DNA from: Aeromonas sobria
GTDB lineage: Bacteria > Pseudomonadota > Gammaproteobacteria > Enterobacterales > Aeromonadaceae
Direction: 5' to 3'
DNA length: 24,000 nucleotides
Assembly: GCF_006243315.1 (NCBI RefSeq)
Contig: NZ_NKWE01000017.1
Coordinates: 91,665 to 115,664 of the forward strand
Shown: positions 16,514 through 23,417 of the stretch, piece by piece
Layout: each line of letters starts with the position of its first letter
Numbering within the stretch: the stretch's first letter is position 1
Made by a program: the position numbers and the translations under genes
The notes under the pieces: model-generated
The model's database searches: none
What the model saw: the letters and a program-made list of their open reading frames with translations, nothing else
What the model was told of the DNA's origin: nothing

Positions 16514-17746
16514 ATGGCAAGGTTCATTGTTGTCGTCCTCGATGGCTTTGGTATCGGTGAAATGCCGGATGTACTGACCGATCGGCCACAAGATCACGGT
16601 GCCAATACAGCAAGAAATCTCATCGAGCATTTTTCAGATAAACATCTGCCAACATTGGCACGGCTTGGATTGCTGAATTCGGTGTACTCAGCCAACTCAG
16701 TGATGCAAATAAGTGAGACTGCAAACTGGGGTAGGTCAATGCTGGCCCATGAAGGGTGTGACACCTTTATGGGGCATCAGGAGATCATGGGGACCAAACC
16801 GAGATCACCGCTACAAGCCCCCTTCAGTACTTATATCGATGAGATTGAGGCGGGGTTGATTGCCGAAGGATACCAGGTCAACCGAATTTATCGGGATGCG
16901 CTTGCCCTGCTAGAGGTCAACAACTGTGTCGTGATCGGGGATAACCTCGAGGCCGAGTTGGGACAGGTATATAACATCACCGCCAACCTGAATCTGATAT
17001 CGTTCGATGACGTCGTGCAAATTGGGAGAGTGGTCAGGAAGTATAATGAAGCTGGACGAAATATTGCTTTTGGTGGATTAGTTGATTCAATGGATGAGAT
17101 ATATGCAGCCATAGAAACTAAAACAGACAAAAACGGCGATAAAAAATTTATTGGAGTCAATGCTCCTCACTCTGGGGCCTATAACAACGGATTCAAGGTT
17201 ATTCACCTTGGCTATGGGGTAGATCCATCGACACAAGTACCACACTGTCTTAATAAGATCGGAATCACGACGTTCTTATATGGTAAGGTCGCCGATATTG
17301 TAGAGAATGAACACGGTACATCATACCCTGGAGTTGTCGACACCGATACGCTCTTCGATTTATTGCAGCAGGATGTGGAGCGGGAAGATAACGCTTTTTT
17401 CTGCCTCAATGTTCAGGAAACGGATCTTTCCGGTCACCAGCAAAATGCTGAACGTTATTGGAATACGCTCGAAAAGGCTGATGCTGGACTATCAAATATC
17501 ATAGCGGCTATGTCAATAAACGATATCTTGATTGTTATGGCCGATCATGGCAACGATCCTTTTATCGGCCACGCTCTTCATACTCGAGAAATGGTTCCAA
17601 TATTGTTGTACAGCCATAAATTAAAAGGGCTTGAATTAGGTGTTCGCGATACGCTATCTGATGTGGGGGCCAGTGTCACCTATTTCTTTAATGCCCCTAT
17701 GCCAGAATTTGGTTCGCCAATAAGATTGGCGTTCGACAACATATAA
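16514..17746 (+). CDS. yhfW: YhfW-like phosphopentomutase/alkaline-phosphatase-superfamily metalloenzyme
   Basis: The N-terminus is MARFIVVVLDGFGIGEMPD, which resembles the DeoB-type metal-binding N-terminus. ETDLSGH and ADHGNDP are metal-ligand motifs. AAGGGAGGG lies directly upstream of ATG 16514. The track's 16478 start overlaps yhfX and is unlikely. Confidence 0.8.
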   Translation: MARFIVVVLDGFGIGEMPDVLTDRPQDHGANTARNLIEHFSDKHLPTLARLGLLNSVYSANSVMQISETANWGRSMLAHEGCDTFMGHQEIMGTKPRSPLQAPFSTYIDEIEAGLIAEGYQVNRIYRDALALLEVNNCVVIGDNLEAELGQVYNITANLNLISFDDVVQIGRVVRKYNEAGRNIAFGGLVDSMDEIYAAIETKTDKNGDKKFIGVNAPHSGAYNNGFKVIHLGYGVDPSTQVPHCLNKIGITTFLYGKVADIVENEHGTSYPGVVDTDTLFDLLQQDVEREDNAFFCLNVQETDLSGHQQNAERYWNTLEKADAGLSNIIAAMSINDILIVMADHGNDPFIGHALHTREMVPILLYSHKLKGLELGVRDTLSDVGASVTYFFNAPMPEFGSPIRLAFDNI

Positions 17747-17822
17747 CTCTATGAATATTTATTTCACACCTCACTGGGTATTTTGGTGAGATAAACTGCT
17801 ATTGTCAATCAGGAGTTGCGCG

Positions 17823-20009
17823 ATGAAACATGGATTAAGTCTTCCGTTATTAGGTAGCATAATTATTGCGACCACGGCATCAGCCTCAACCGTGGGGATG
17901 CAGGAATTTCTCGATAGTCTTAGAAACTTTGAGTCGGGTATCAATCCGGCACTGAGCCAGTTTTACCTCGATAACCTGGATAACCCCGTTTATACCTACG
18001 CCAAGGTCACCAAGCCCGGTCGGCTGGTCAGGGACTGCGCCACCGGGAATATGGTGCAAGAGCCCACCACGATAAAGCAGTACTTTACCAAGCTTGGTCT
18101 TGGCAGCATCTATAACGAAAATACCCCTCATGACCCGGGCATGTTCAAGTTGATGCAGTACAGCTCGATGAATGCCTGGGGATTTGTCGGGTATCAGCTG
18201 GGTGAAGCGGTATTGATCGATGGAGGCTATTACAACCCGCCGACAGTCCAGATTGCAGGCAAGGAGTACGACAGCTTTTACATGTTCGTGCCCGATTCGA
18301 CCTGGATCGGCTGTAAAACCGAGGCGCTGGCTGAAATCCCTGGCTCAGGCGGTAATCAGGTGTATGTAACGGATATCAACCGTTGGCAAGGGCATTTTAT
18401 CGGCAAGAACGGGGTCAACAATTTCACCGATTTCATCAAGCCCGAAAAACAGGAGCTGGTGATCCGGGATGTCATGCACTTCAACTACAAGGTCATCAGC
18501 AAGCTGCTACAAGATGCCAATATGACCTGGGCACAGGCCTTGTCGAAAAGTTGGGCCGATAAGGATGATAACGGACAGCAGGTAACGGTTAAGGCAACCA
18601 TGTCCGGCATCCTGGCCGCGGCTCACTTGCGTGGGGCGTGGGGAACCGCCGAGCTGTTGACCAAAGACAAGATCACGTGTGACGAGCAGGGAACTTGCAT
18701 CACCAAATATGTGCATAAGTTTGGCGGGTACAACACTCTGTTTGATGTGCCGGGCGACAACGTCACTCAAGGCTCCCCTTACGATGAAGTACTGATGGCG
18801 GGGTGGGGGAATGACACCGTTATCTTGGGGGGCGGTAAAAACCAGCTGTTGCTCAACGAGCAGAAGGGCTCTATCACCACGGTCACCGACTTTGTGATCG
18901 GCAAGGACAAGATAGTGTTACGTGGCTGGTCTAGCGAATCACCTCTGGCGTCCATGGTGGTAACTCAGGGGAAAAATGGCACTGAAATCGATGTCACCGG
19001 GCAAAAAATCATTCTGAACAACATCAATGCCAGCGATGTACTGGCCAACCCTTCGCAAGTGGTCATCCAGTCTATGGTGTACACGCTGGCGTGGAATTCT
19101 GGCAAGCAGGTTGTCGCTCAATTTGACCCCAAGGTGGATCGCATTGAGGGTTCGTCCGGGATTGGGTTCAAGCATCTCAAAGCTTATGAGACCAGCTCCT
19201 CGGTGGTGATTGGTCCCCAAGCCGATGACGGTGGCATTTATGCTTCTTATGAGCTAATGGGGTTGACGCTGGCCGACCTGTCGCCTGATATGTTCATCAA
19301 CGTGACCGGCAGTTTTGATCGTCTGGGCTTTATCGTACCGCTTGATCACAAAACCTGGGGCTGGAATGTGTCGCTGGTGGTGAACAGCTTCAATCCGCAA
19401 AAAACGGTGCTGACCGTTCCGAGCAACCAGCCAGTGCCGTTCTCGGCTGTGCAGTTGACTCAAAATGGCGCCAACACTGAACTGACCTTGCTCGAGCCGT
19501 TTGCCAAGGGTGACAAGAAGATCGTTATCCTGCGCAATACCGATGTGAAGAACCTCTCTGCACAGAACTTCTCCGGCTTCAGCGGTCAGTACAAAGAGGT
19601 GACGATTGATGTTCCCGTGATGTTCGACATTCGTGCCAGTGTCGTCGGCACCGGTGGCACCATCTCACCGGCACCGGATACCGCAGGCGTCATTCAGGGG
19701 AAAGGGGGAAGCGCACTGACAGTGGCGTTTATTCCCAATCCCGGTTATCGGATCAAGAGCATCGTTGTGGACGGCGTAGCTCAGCCTGTAGCGAGCGCTT
19801 ATACCTTTCCGAGCTTGGCGGCCAATCACCGCCTTGAAGTGAGCTTTGAGAAGGGCAGTGCCTGCCCGGCCTCCTGGAACAGCACTCAGGTGTACAACAC
19901 CGGTGACAAGGCGACCTATGCCGGCAACATCTACGAGGCTAAGTGGTGGAACACTGGCAGCCAGCCGGATCAGGGCGGTCCCTGGAAGCTGGTGGACGCT
20001 TGTCAGTAA
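17823..20009 (+). CDS. Secreted multidomain protein: SLT/lysozyme-like (GH23-like) N-terminal region, one degenerate RTX-like repeat, an Ig-like/InlB-B-repeat-like domain and a C-terminal CBM5/12 chitin-binding domain
   Basis: Signal peptide MKHGLSLPLLGSIIIATTASA, with AGGAG 7 nt upstream of ATG 17823. NFESGINP, then LMQ and GYQLGEAVLID, resemble transglycosylase/goose-lysozyme motifs (ES, LMQ, YQ). GWGNDTVILGGGKNQL...VTDFVIGKDKIVL is RTX-like. GGTISPAP...PNPGYRIKSIVVDG...YTF...NHRLEVSF is an Ig-like repeat. The C-terminus WNSTQVYNTGDKATYAGNIYEAKWWNTGSQPDQGGPWKLV is a textbook CBM5/12 pattern. Confidence 0.6.
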   Translation: MKHGLSLPLLGSIIIATTASASTVGMQEFLDSLRNFESGINPALSQFYLDNLDNPVYTYAKVTKPGRLVRDCATGNMVQEPTTIKQYFTKLGLGSIYNENTPHDPGMFKLMQYSSMNAWGFVGYQLGEAVLIDGGYYNPPTVQIAGKEYDSFYMFVPDSTWIGCKTEALAEIPGSGGNQVYVTDINRWQGHFIGKNGVNNFTDFIKPEKQELVIRDVMHFNYKVISKLLQDANMTWAQALSKSWADKDDNGQQVTVKATMSGILAAAHLRGAWGTAELLTKDKITCDEQGTCITKYVHKFGGYNTLFDVPGDNVTQGSPYDEVLMAGWGNDTVILGGGKNQLLLNEQKGSITTVTDFVIGKDKIVLRGWSSESPLASMVVTQGKNGTEIDVTGQKIILNNINASDVLANPSQVVIQSMVYTLAWNSGKQVVAQFDPKVDRIEGSSGIGFKHLKAYETSSSVVIGPQADDGGIYASYELMGLTLADLSPDMFINVTGSFDRLGFIVPLDHKTWGWNVSLVVNSFNPQKTVLTVPSNQPVPFSAVQLTQNGANTELTLLEPFAKGDKKIVILRNTDVKNLSAQNFSGFSGQYKEVTIDVPVMFDIRASVVGTGGTISPAPDTAGVIQGKGGSALTVAFIPNPGYRIKSIVVDGVAQPVASAYTFPSLAANHRLEVSFEKGSACPASWNSTQVYNTGDKATYAGNIYEAKWWNTGSQPDQGGPWKLVDACQ

Positions 20010-20054
20010 ACTGTGTGCTGACCCGCGATAACCAAATGCGCCGTTTCTTATCCG

Positions 20055-20089
20055 AAAATCCCCGAGCATTGCTCGGGGATTTTTCTTTT
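20055..20089. terminator. Rho-independent terminator shared by the convergent 728-aa gene and the WYL-regulator gene
   Basis: GAAA, then ATCCCCGAGC (20058-20067), loop ATT, GCTCGGGGAT (20071-20080), then TTTTCTTTT. Confidence 0.85.
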
Positions 20090-20116
20090 GAACTTAATTC
20101 ACTTTACCCGTCGTTA

Positions 20117-21055
20117 TTAATGCGTGGAGTCAGACGAGAGGGGTTGTGTCAGTAAATCCGCACTCTTGAGTTTGAAGGTACATCCTTGCTCAATGAGCTC
20201 CTCCCGGTTGGCCAGCACCAGCGGGTAGAGCAGAGGATGTTGTTGGTGTTCACCGTTATAGCTCACCTGCATCCGCTCCAGCGCATAGTGCATCAAAGGG
20301 ATGCGCTGGCTCAGCAACAGTTTGTCATCTGGCATGGCGTAGTCGTTGGCGATGATGGCTTGCTGCCCTTGACTAAGACTAGGATTGGGAACGACTACTG
20401 CGGTGACTTGGGTGTTCCACTCTAGGTCCTGATCCCGGCCGTGAGGGGAGGCATCCAGCAGATCCGGTTCACCCCGAAAACGACTCATCACAAAGTCCAG
20501 ATATTCCCCTTTCTTCTCGCAGTAGGCACGTACGTGCCAGCGGATCCCGTCATAGACCAGGGTGTGGGGCACGATGTTGCGGCCACTCTGCTCCTCTGAG
20601 CTGAGGGATACGTAATCGACATCGACCCGCAGTTGGCCACGAGCAGCTTGCACCAGGCCCCGCACAATCTTGGGGTCGATATGGCGGTTGGGCACATCCA
20701 GGATTTCGATATGGCCATAGCGTAGATCCATCAAAGGCATCAGGAGTCCGGCTTCATGTTGGCGCAGGTGCTGTTTTTCCCGATGCAGCAGCATCAGGTA
20801 CTCGTCTACCTTGCCTTCACTAAAGCGCGGCTCAAATTGCTCGGTGGGTTTGTATCCCTTCAGGCTTTTGTCATAGACCAGCCCCTCTGGGGCGTAGTGC
20901 GTCAGGTAGTGGTTGATATCCCGTGACGCCTGTTGGCGGCCGATATTGAAGGCGGTCATCAAATGATTGGTGGTCAGCCGTCCCTCCCACTGCAACACGA
21001 TTTCCAGCAGACGAAAACGCAGGGTTTGATCCCAGGTTAGCTCTTTGGGTGTCAT
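20117..21055 (-). CDS. WYL-domain transcriptional regulator (N-terminal HTH plus WYL plus C-terminal domain; CapW/BrxR-like architecture)
   Basis: The HTH-like N-terminus is RFRLLEIVLQWEGRLTTNHLMTAFNIGRQQASRDINHYL. The WYL-type core is IVPHTLVYDGIRWHVRAYCEKKGEYLDFVMSRFRG. I chose ATG 21055 as the start (GGAG 5 nt upstream, 312 aa). The track's 21157 start would run through the divergent promoter. Confidence 0.75.
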   Translation of the reverse strand: MTPKELTWDQTLRFRLLEIVLQWEGRLTTNHLMTAFNIGRQQASRDINHYLTHYAPEGLVYDKSLKGYKPTEQFEPRFSEGKVDEYLMLLHREKQHLRQHEAGLLMPLMDLRYGHIEILDVPNRHIDPKIVRGLVQAARGQLRVDVDYVSLSSEEQSGRNIVPHTLVYDGIRWHVRAYCEKKGEYLDFVMSRFRGEPDLLDASPHGRDQDLEWNTQVTAVVVPNPSLSQGQQAIIANDYAMPDDKLLLSQRIPLMHYALERMQVSYNGEHQQHPLLYPLVLANREELIEQGCTFKLKSADLLTQPLSSDSTH

Positions 21056-21077
21056 ATGTGCTCCAAAATGCGACATG

Positions 21078-21121
21078 TATATGTAACCAGTATCGGCATG
21101 AGTATACAGGCTACATATAAT
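21078..21121. promoter_or_regulatory. Divergent promoter/operator region: inverted repeat TATATGTAAC / GCTACATATA overlapping a TATAAT -10 box
   Basis: The arms at 21078-21087 and 21110-21119 are complementary at 9 of 10 positions and 22 nt apart. A GTATAC palindrome lies at 21102-21107. TATAAT at 21116-21121 is about 35 nt upstream of the ATG at 21156. The element lies in the 100-nt gap between the WYL gene and the divergent operon. Confidence 0.45.
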
Positions 21122-21155
21122 GAGGCCATCTAAATGAGCGCCAAAGGAGCATGTC

Positions 21156-21446
21156 ATGAACGGTAAGTTGGACGGTGCATACAGCCATCATGCCGCGTGC
21201 CGGATGCAGCAGCGTGGCATTGCTTCCGAGCTGGTGGAGCTGCTTTTGAGCATCGGGCGCTCTGCTTATCACCAGGGGCGTGAACTGGTTTATCTCGATC
21301 GCAAAGGGTTGGTCATGCTGCAAACCGAGTGCGGATTGCCAGCGGAATACTGCCAGCGTCTGCGCCGTCACTATCTGGTACTGCAAGACGGAGATATTGT
21401 CACCGTCGGTCATAAAACCACTCACTTCAAACGCGATCGTCACTGA
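21156..21446 (+). CDS. Small DUF4258-like protein (putative RNase-type toxin fold)
   Basis: The product is 96 aa, with AAGGAG 6 nt upstream of the ATG. The N-terminal HHAACRMQQRGIASELVELLL fits the H-A-x2-R-M-x2-R-G-I signature I associate with DUF4258. The C-terminal YLVLQDGDIVTVGHK resembles the family's terminal beta-strand. Confidence 0.55.
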   Translation: MNGKLDGAYSHHAACRMQQRGIASELVELLLSIGRSAYHQGRELVYLDRKGLVMLQTECGLPAEYCQRLRRHYLVLQDGDIVTVGHKTTHFKRDRH

Positions 21447-21452
21447 GGCGCT

Positions 21453-22091
21453 ATGAACTCAACTCTGTTATCGGGTCAGGCGGCCATGCCCCTGATCAAG
21501 GGGATCTGTTGCCTGTTGTCAGCCGAGCGAGTCACCGAGCTGACATCTTTGCTTAGCAAAGGAGCGTCTCACCAAGAGGGTGAAACGTCACCGCTGGCAG
21601 TCGTGACGGCGTTGGCGATCCATATCGAGCAACATCGGCTGGATCGCACGTTACTGCCCATCTATCAGGGACGTGAGCTACTGATGGCCGGTGCTGCCGA
21701 CTTGCTGGGGGGAGAGGCCTGTTTTGAAGATCAGGATGCGTTTCGCTTGCTGGCGCTGCTACTCGATAAATTGTTGCGAGGAGGGCGCGGCAGCCGTCAG
21801 GCCAAGTTGGATGGACTCACGCCAAGTGTGATGGAGCAGCGGGGGCTGGCGGCCAGATCACCGAATAGCGGCGCCGTGGTGCGCGGCAGCTGGCGACGCA
21901 AGTCACGCAATCAGCTGGGCCATGCCAGCTGGCTGGATGTGGTAGAAGCGGCCATCTGGTGCTTCTGGCATGGGGACTCCCTGGCAAGCGGCGAAGTATT
22001 ACTCGGTGTACTGCTGGGCAGGGATGAGCGGGTGTGGTTGGTCTATGGTCTGCTGGCCGGGGCTTTCTATCTGTCAGATCGGACGGATTGA
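21453..22091 (+). CDS. Hypothetical 212-aa protein, co-operonic with the DUF4258-like gene; termini faintly resemble a degenerate ADP-ribosylglycohydrolase fold
   Basis: The ATG lies 6 nt after the upstream stop, with GAGG overlapping that stop. The C-terminal VVEAAIWCFWHGDSLASGEVLLGVLLGRDERVWLVYGLLAGAFY parallels the ARH C-terminal pattern (A-x-W/Y-C-F...SF-E-x-L...G-G-D-x-D-T...AG-A-Y-Y), but the acidic metal ligands are replaced. The family assignment is speculative. Confidence 0.5.
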   Translation: MNSTLLSGQAAMPLIKGICCLLSAERVTELTSLLSKGASHQEGETSPLAVVTALAIHIEQHRLDRTLLPIYQGRELLMAGAADLLGGEACFEDQDAFRLLALLLDKLLRGGRGSRQAKLDGLTPSVMEQRGLAARSPNSGAVVRGSWRRKSRNQLGHASWLDVVEAAIWCFWHGDSLASGEVLLGVLLGRDERVWLVYGLLAGAFYLSDRTD

Positions 22092-22130
22092 AGAGGCGGG
22101 GCACTCACGTTCCCGCCATCGTGTTTCTGG

Positions 22131-22787
22131 TTACCCAGCCATCTCTACCACCGGATAACAGGCATCCCCCCACAGGCTATCGGGGTGAGCCATCATTAAG
22201 TCGATGATCACCGGTACCAGTTTGCCGAGCAGGTTGGCACAATCCTTCAGTTGTTTGCGATTGACCGAACTGTTCCAGGTCGCACCGCCATGGATCAGTT
22301 GGTTGCGCAAGGTATAGAGGCGGTTAAACACCACACCCAGCAACTGCGGTGTGTTGCCGCTGGCAAGCGCCAGGGTCGCCATCTTCTTACCCTGTGCCAG
22401 CCGCTCTTTCCACTGGGCTTCGCTGATCTTACCGCTGTGATAATCCCAGAAGCTTTGCAGTACAAACGGGGTGTCCAGCAGCATGCGGATACTGCCCGAG
22501 AACTCTTGCCAGACCAGTTGCTCGATCTGCTTGTGCTCATCCAGGTCACACAGTTTCTCCAGAAAGCCTTTGAAGGTCTCCTGTTCCGAGAGGCGACGAT
22601 CGTCATCGATTTCAGTGGCATAAGCCGCATTGAACGCAATCCAGAGAAAGATAAAGCGGCCATCTTCATCCTCGGCCATTTCAGCGCGCTGCAGCCAGCT
22701 TAATGCCCGATGAACCCGCAGGTTGAGGTTGCCGGGGGAGTGCTCACGCAGGGTGCGGTGACGGGTTTTCAACTGTTCAAAGTTCAA
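22131..22787 (-). CDS. HEPN-superfamily protein (Rx4H motif), candidate RNase toxin/abortive-infection effector
   Basis: The 218-aa product is all-helical in appearance. LRNQLIHGG near the C-terminal third gives R-N-x3-H, the HEPN catalytic signature. TTG start codon at 22787, with a perfect AAGGAG 7 nt upstream. Confidence 0.65.
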   Translation of the reverse strand: MNFEQLKTRHRTLREHSPGNLNLRVHRALSWLQRAEMAEDEDGRFIFLWIAFNAAYATEIDDDRRLSEQETFKGFLEKLCDLDEHKQIEQLVWQEFSGSIRMLLDTPFVLQSFWDYHSGKISEAQWKERLAQGKKMATLALASGNTPQLLGVVFNRLYTLRNQLIHGGATWNSSVNRKQLKDCANLLGKLVPVIIDLMMAHPDSLWGDACYPVVEMAG

Positions 22788-22906
22788 CGACGATCTCCTT
22801 TTCTATCGGATGAATAGCTGGCATCTGTGGCTACGCAATCAGCTTATGGTTTCTGGCTTATTTTGCATGTGGTGAATCAGCTTGAGTGGCCATCTGCTCA
22901 TGATGG

Positions 22907-23131
22907 TCACTTCCCCACCACATCCCTGAGCTTTGCCATTGCTCGCTCAACCATGGTGGCTGGGGTTCTTTCCAGTGACCCATGATTGCACTCGGGACAG
23001 ACTTCAAACCAGGTGTGGCCCCGTACCATTACGTCACTCTTGGGGGCGATCGTCTTGTGCCAGCCACATTTGGGGCAGTGAAAGGTAGAAGGGGGCGGGG
23101 AAATAGGCATAGGATCCTCAATAAGTTCCAT
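22907..23131 (-). CDS. Small zinc-ribbon protein (CPKC...CPEC)
   Basis: FHCPKCGW-x24-CPECNHG forms a four-Cys ribbon. It lies 119 nt upstream of the HEPN gene on the same strand. The start is uncertain: ATG 23131 (MELIEDP), ATG 23110 (MPISPPP, GAGGA 4 nt upstream) or the track's 23191. Confidence 0.5.
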   Translation of the reverse strand: MELIEDPMPISPPPSTFHCPKCGWHKTIAPKSDVMVRGHTWFEVCPECNHGSLERTPATMVERAMAKLRDVVGK

Positions 23132-23417
23132 TTTGGTCCAACTTACCACAGTGACGGCTTGTTGAGTGCAGCTGTTTTCTGCATGTTGCATCGAAAATTC
23201 CGGTTCTTTCAGAGCGGGATTAGGTCAAATAAGGTTCTTGATGGCTAGGTCCCAATGATGTGTTGAAAGGCTCATATTGAAGTAGGCCATCAGAGATTGC
23301 AGCGTAGTTCTGGTTGAACAACGGGATGGAGATATGTGGGGTTATAGGGCGGTAGATTGGGATAAGGAGGGGATGACAGGGCGAGAAGATGCTGGGGTGA
23401 TACGAATAGAGGCAAAT

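Noticed and set aside
22095-22117. GGCGGG-N11-CCCGCC hairpin between the convergent 212-aa gene and the HEPN gene as a terminator
   Set aside because: The stem is only 6 bp with an 11-nt loop and a weak T-run, which is too marginal to annotate.
22819-22899. Short direct repeats AATCAGCTT (22837-22845 and 22875-22883) and GGC(C)ATCTG (about 22820 and 22888) between the zinc-ribbon and HEPN genes
   Set aside because: Only 9 and 8 nt are matched, with an irregular arrangement. This may be chance in a 119-nt spacer. A plausible promoter (TTGCGT-16 nt-TATTCA on the minus strand) is also present, but nothing is strong enough to call.
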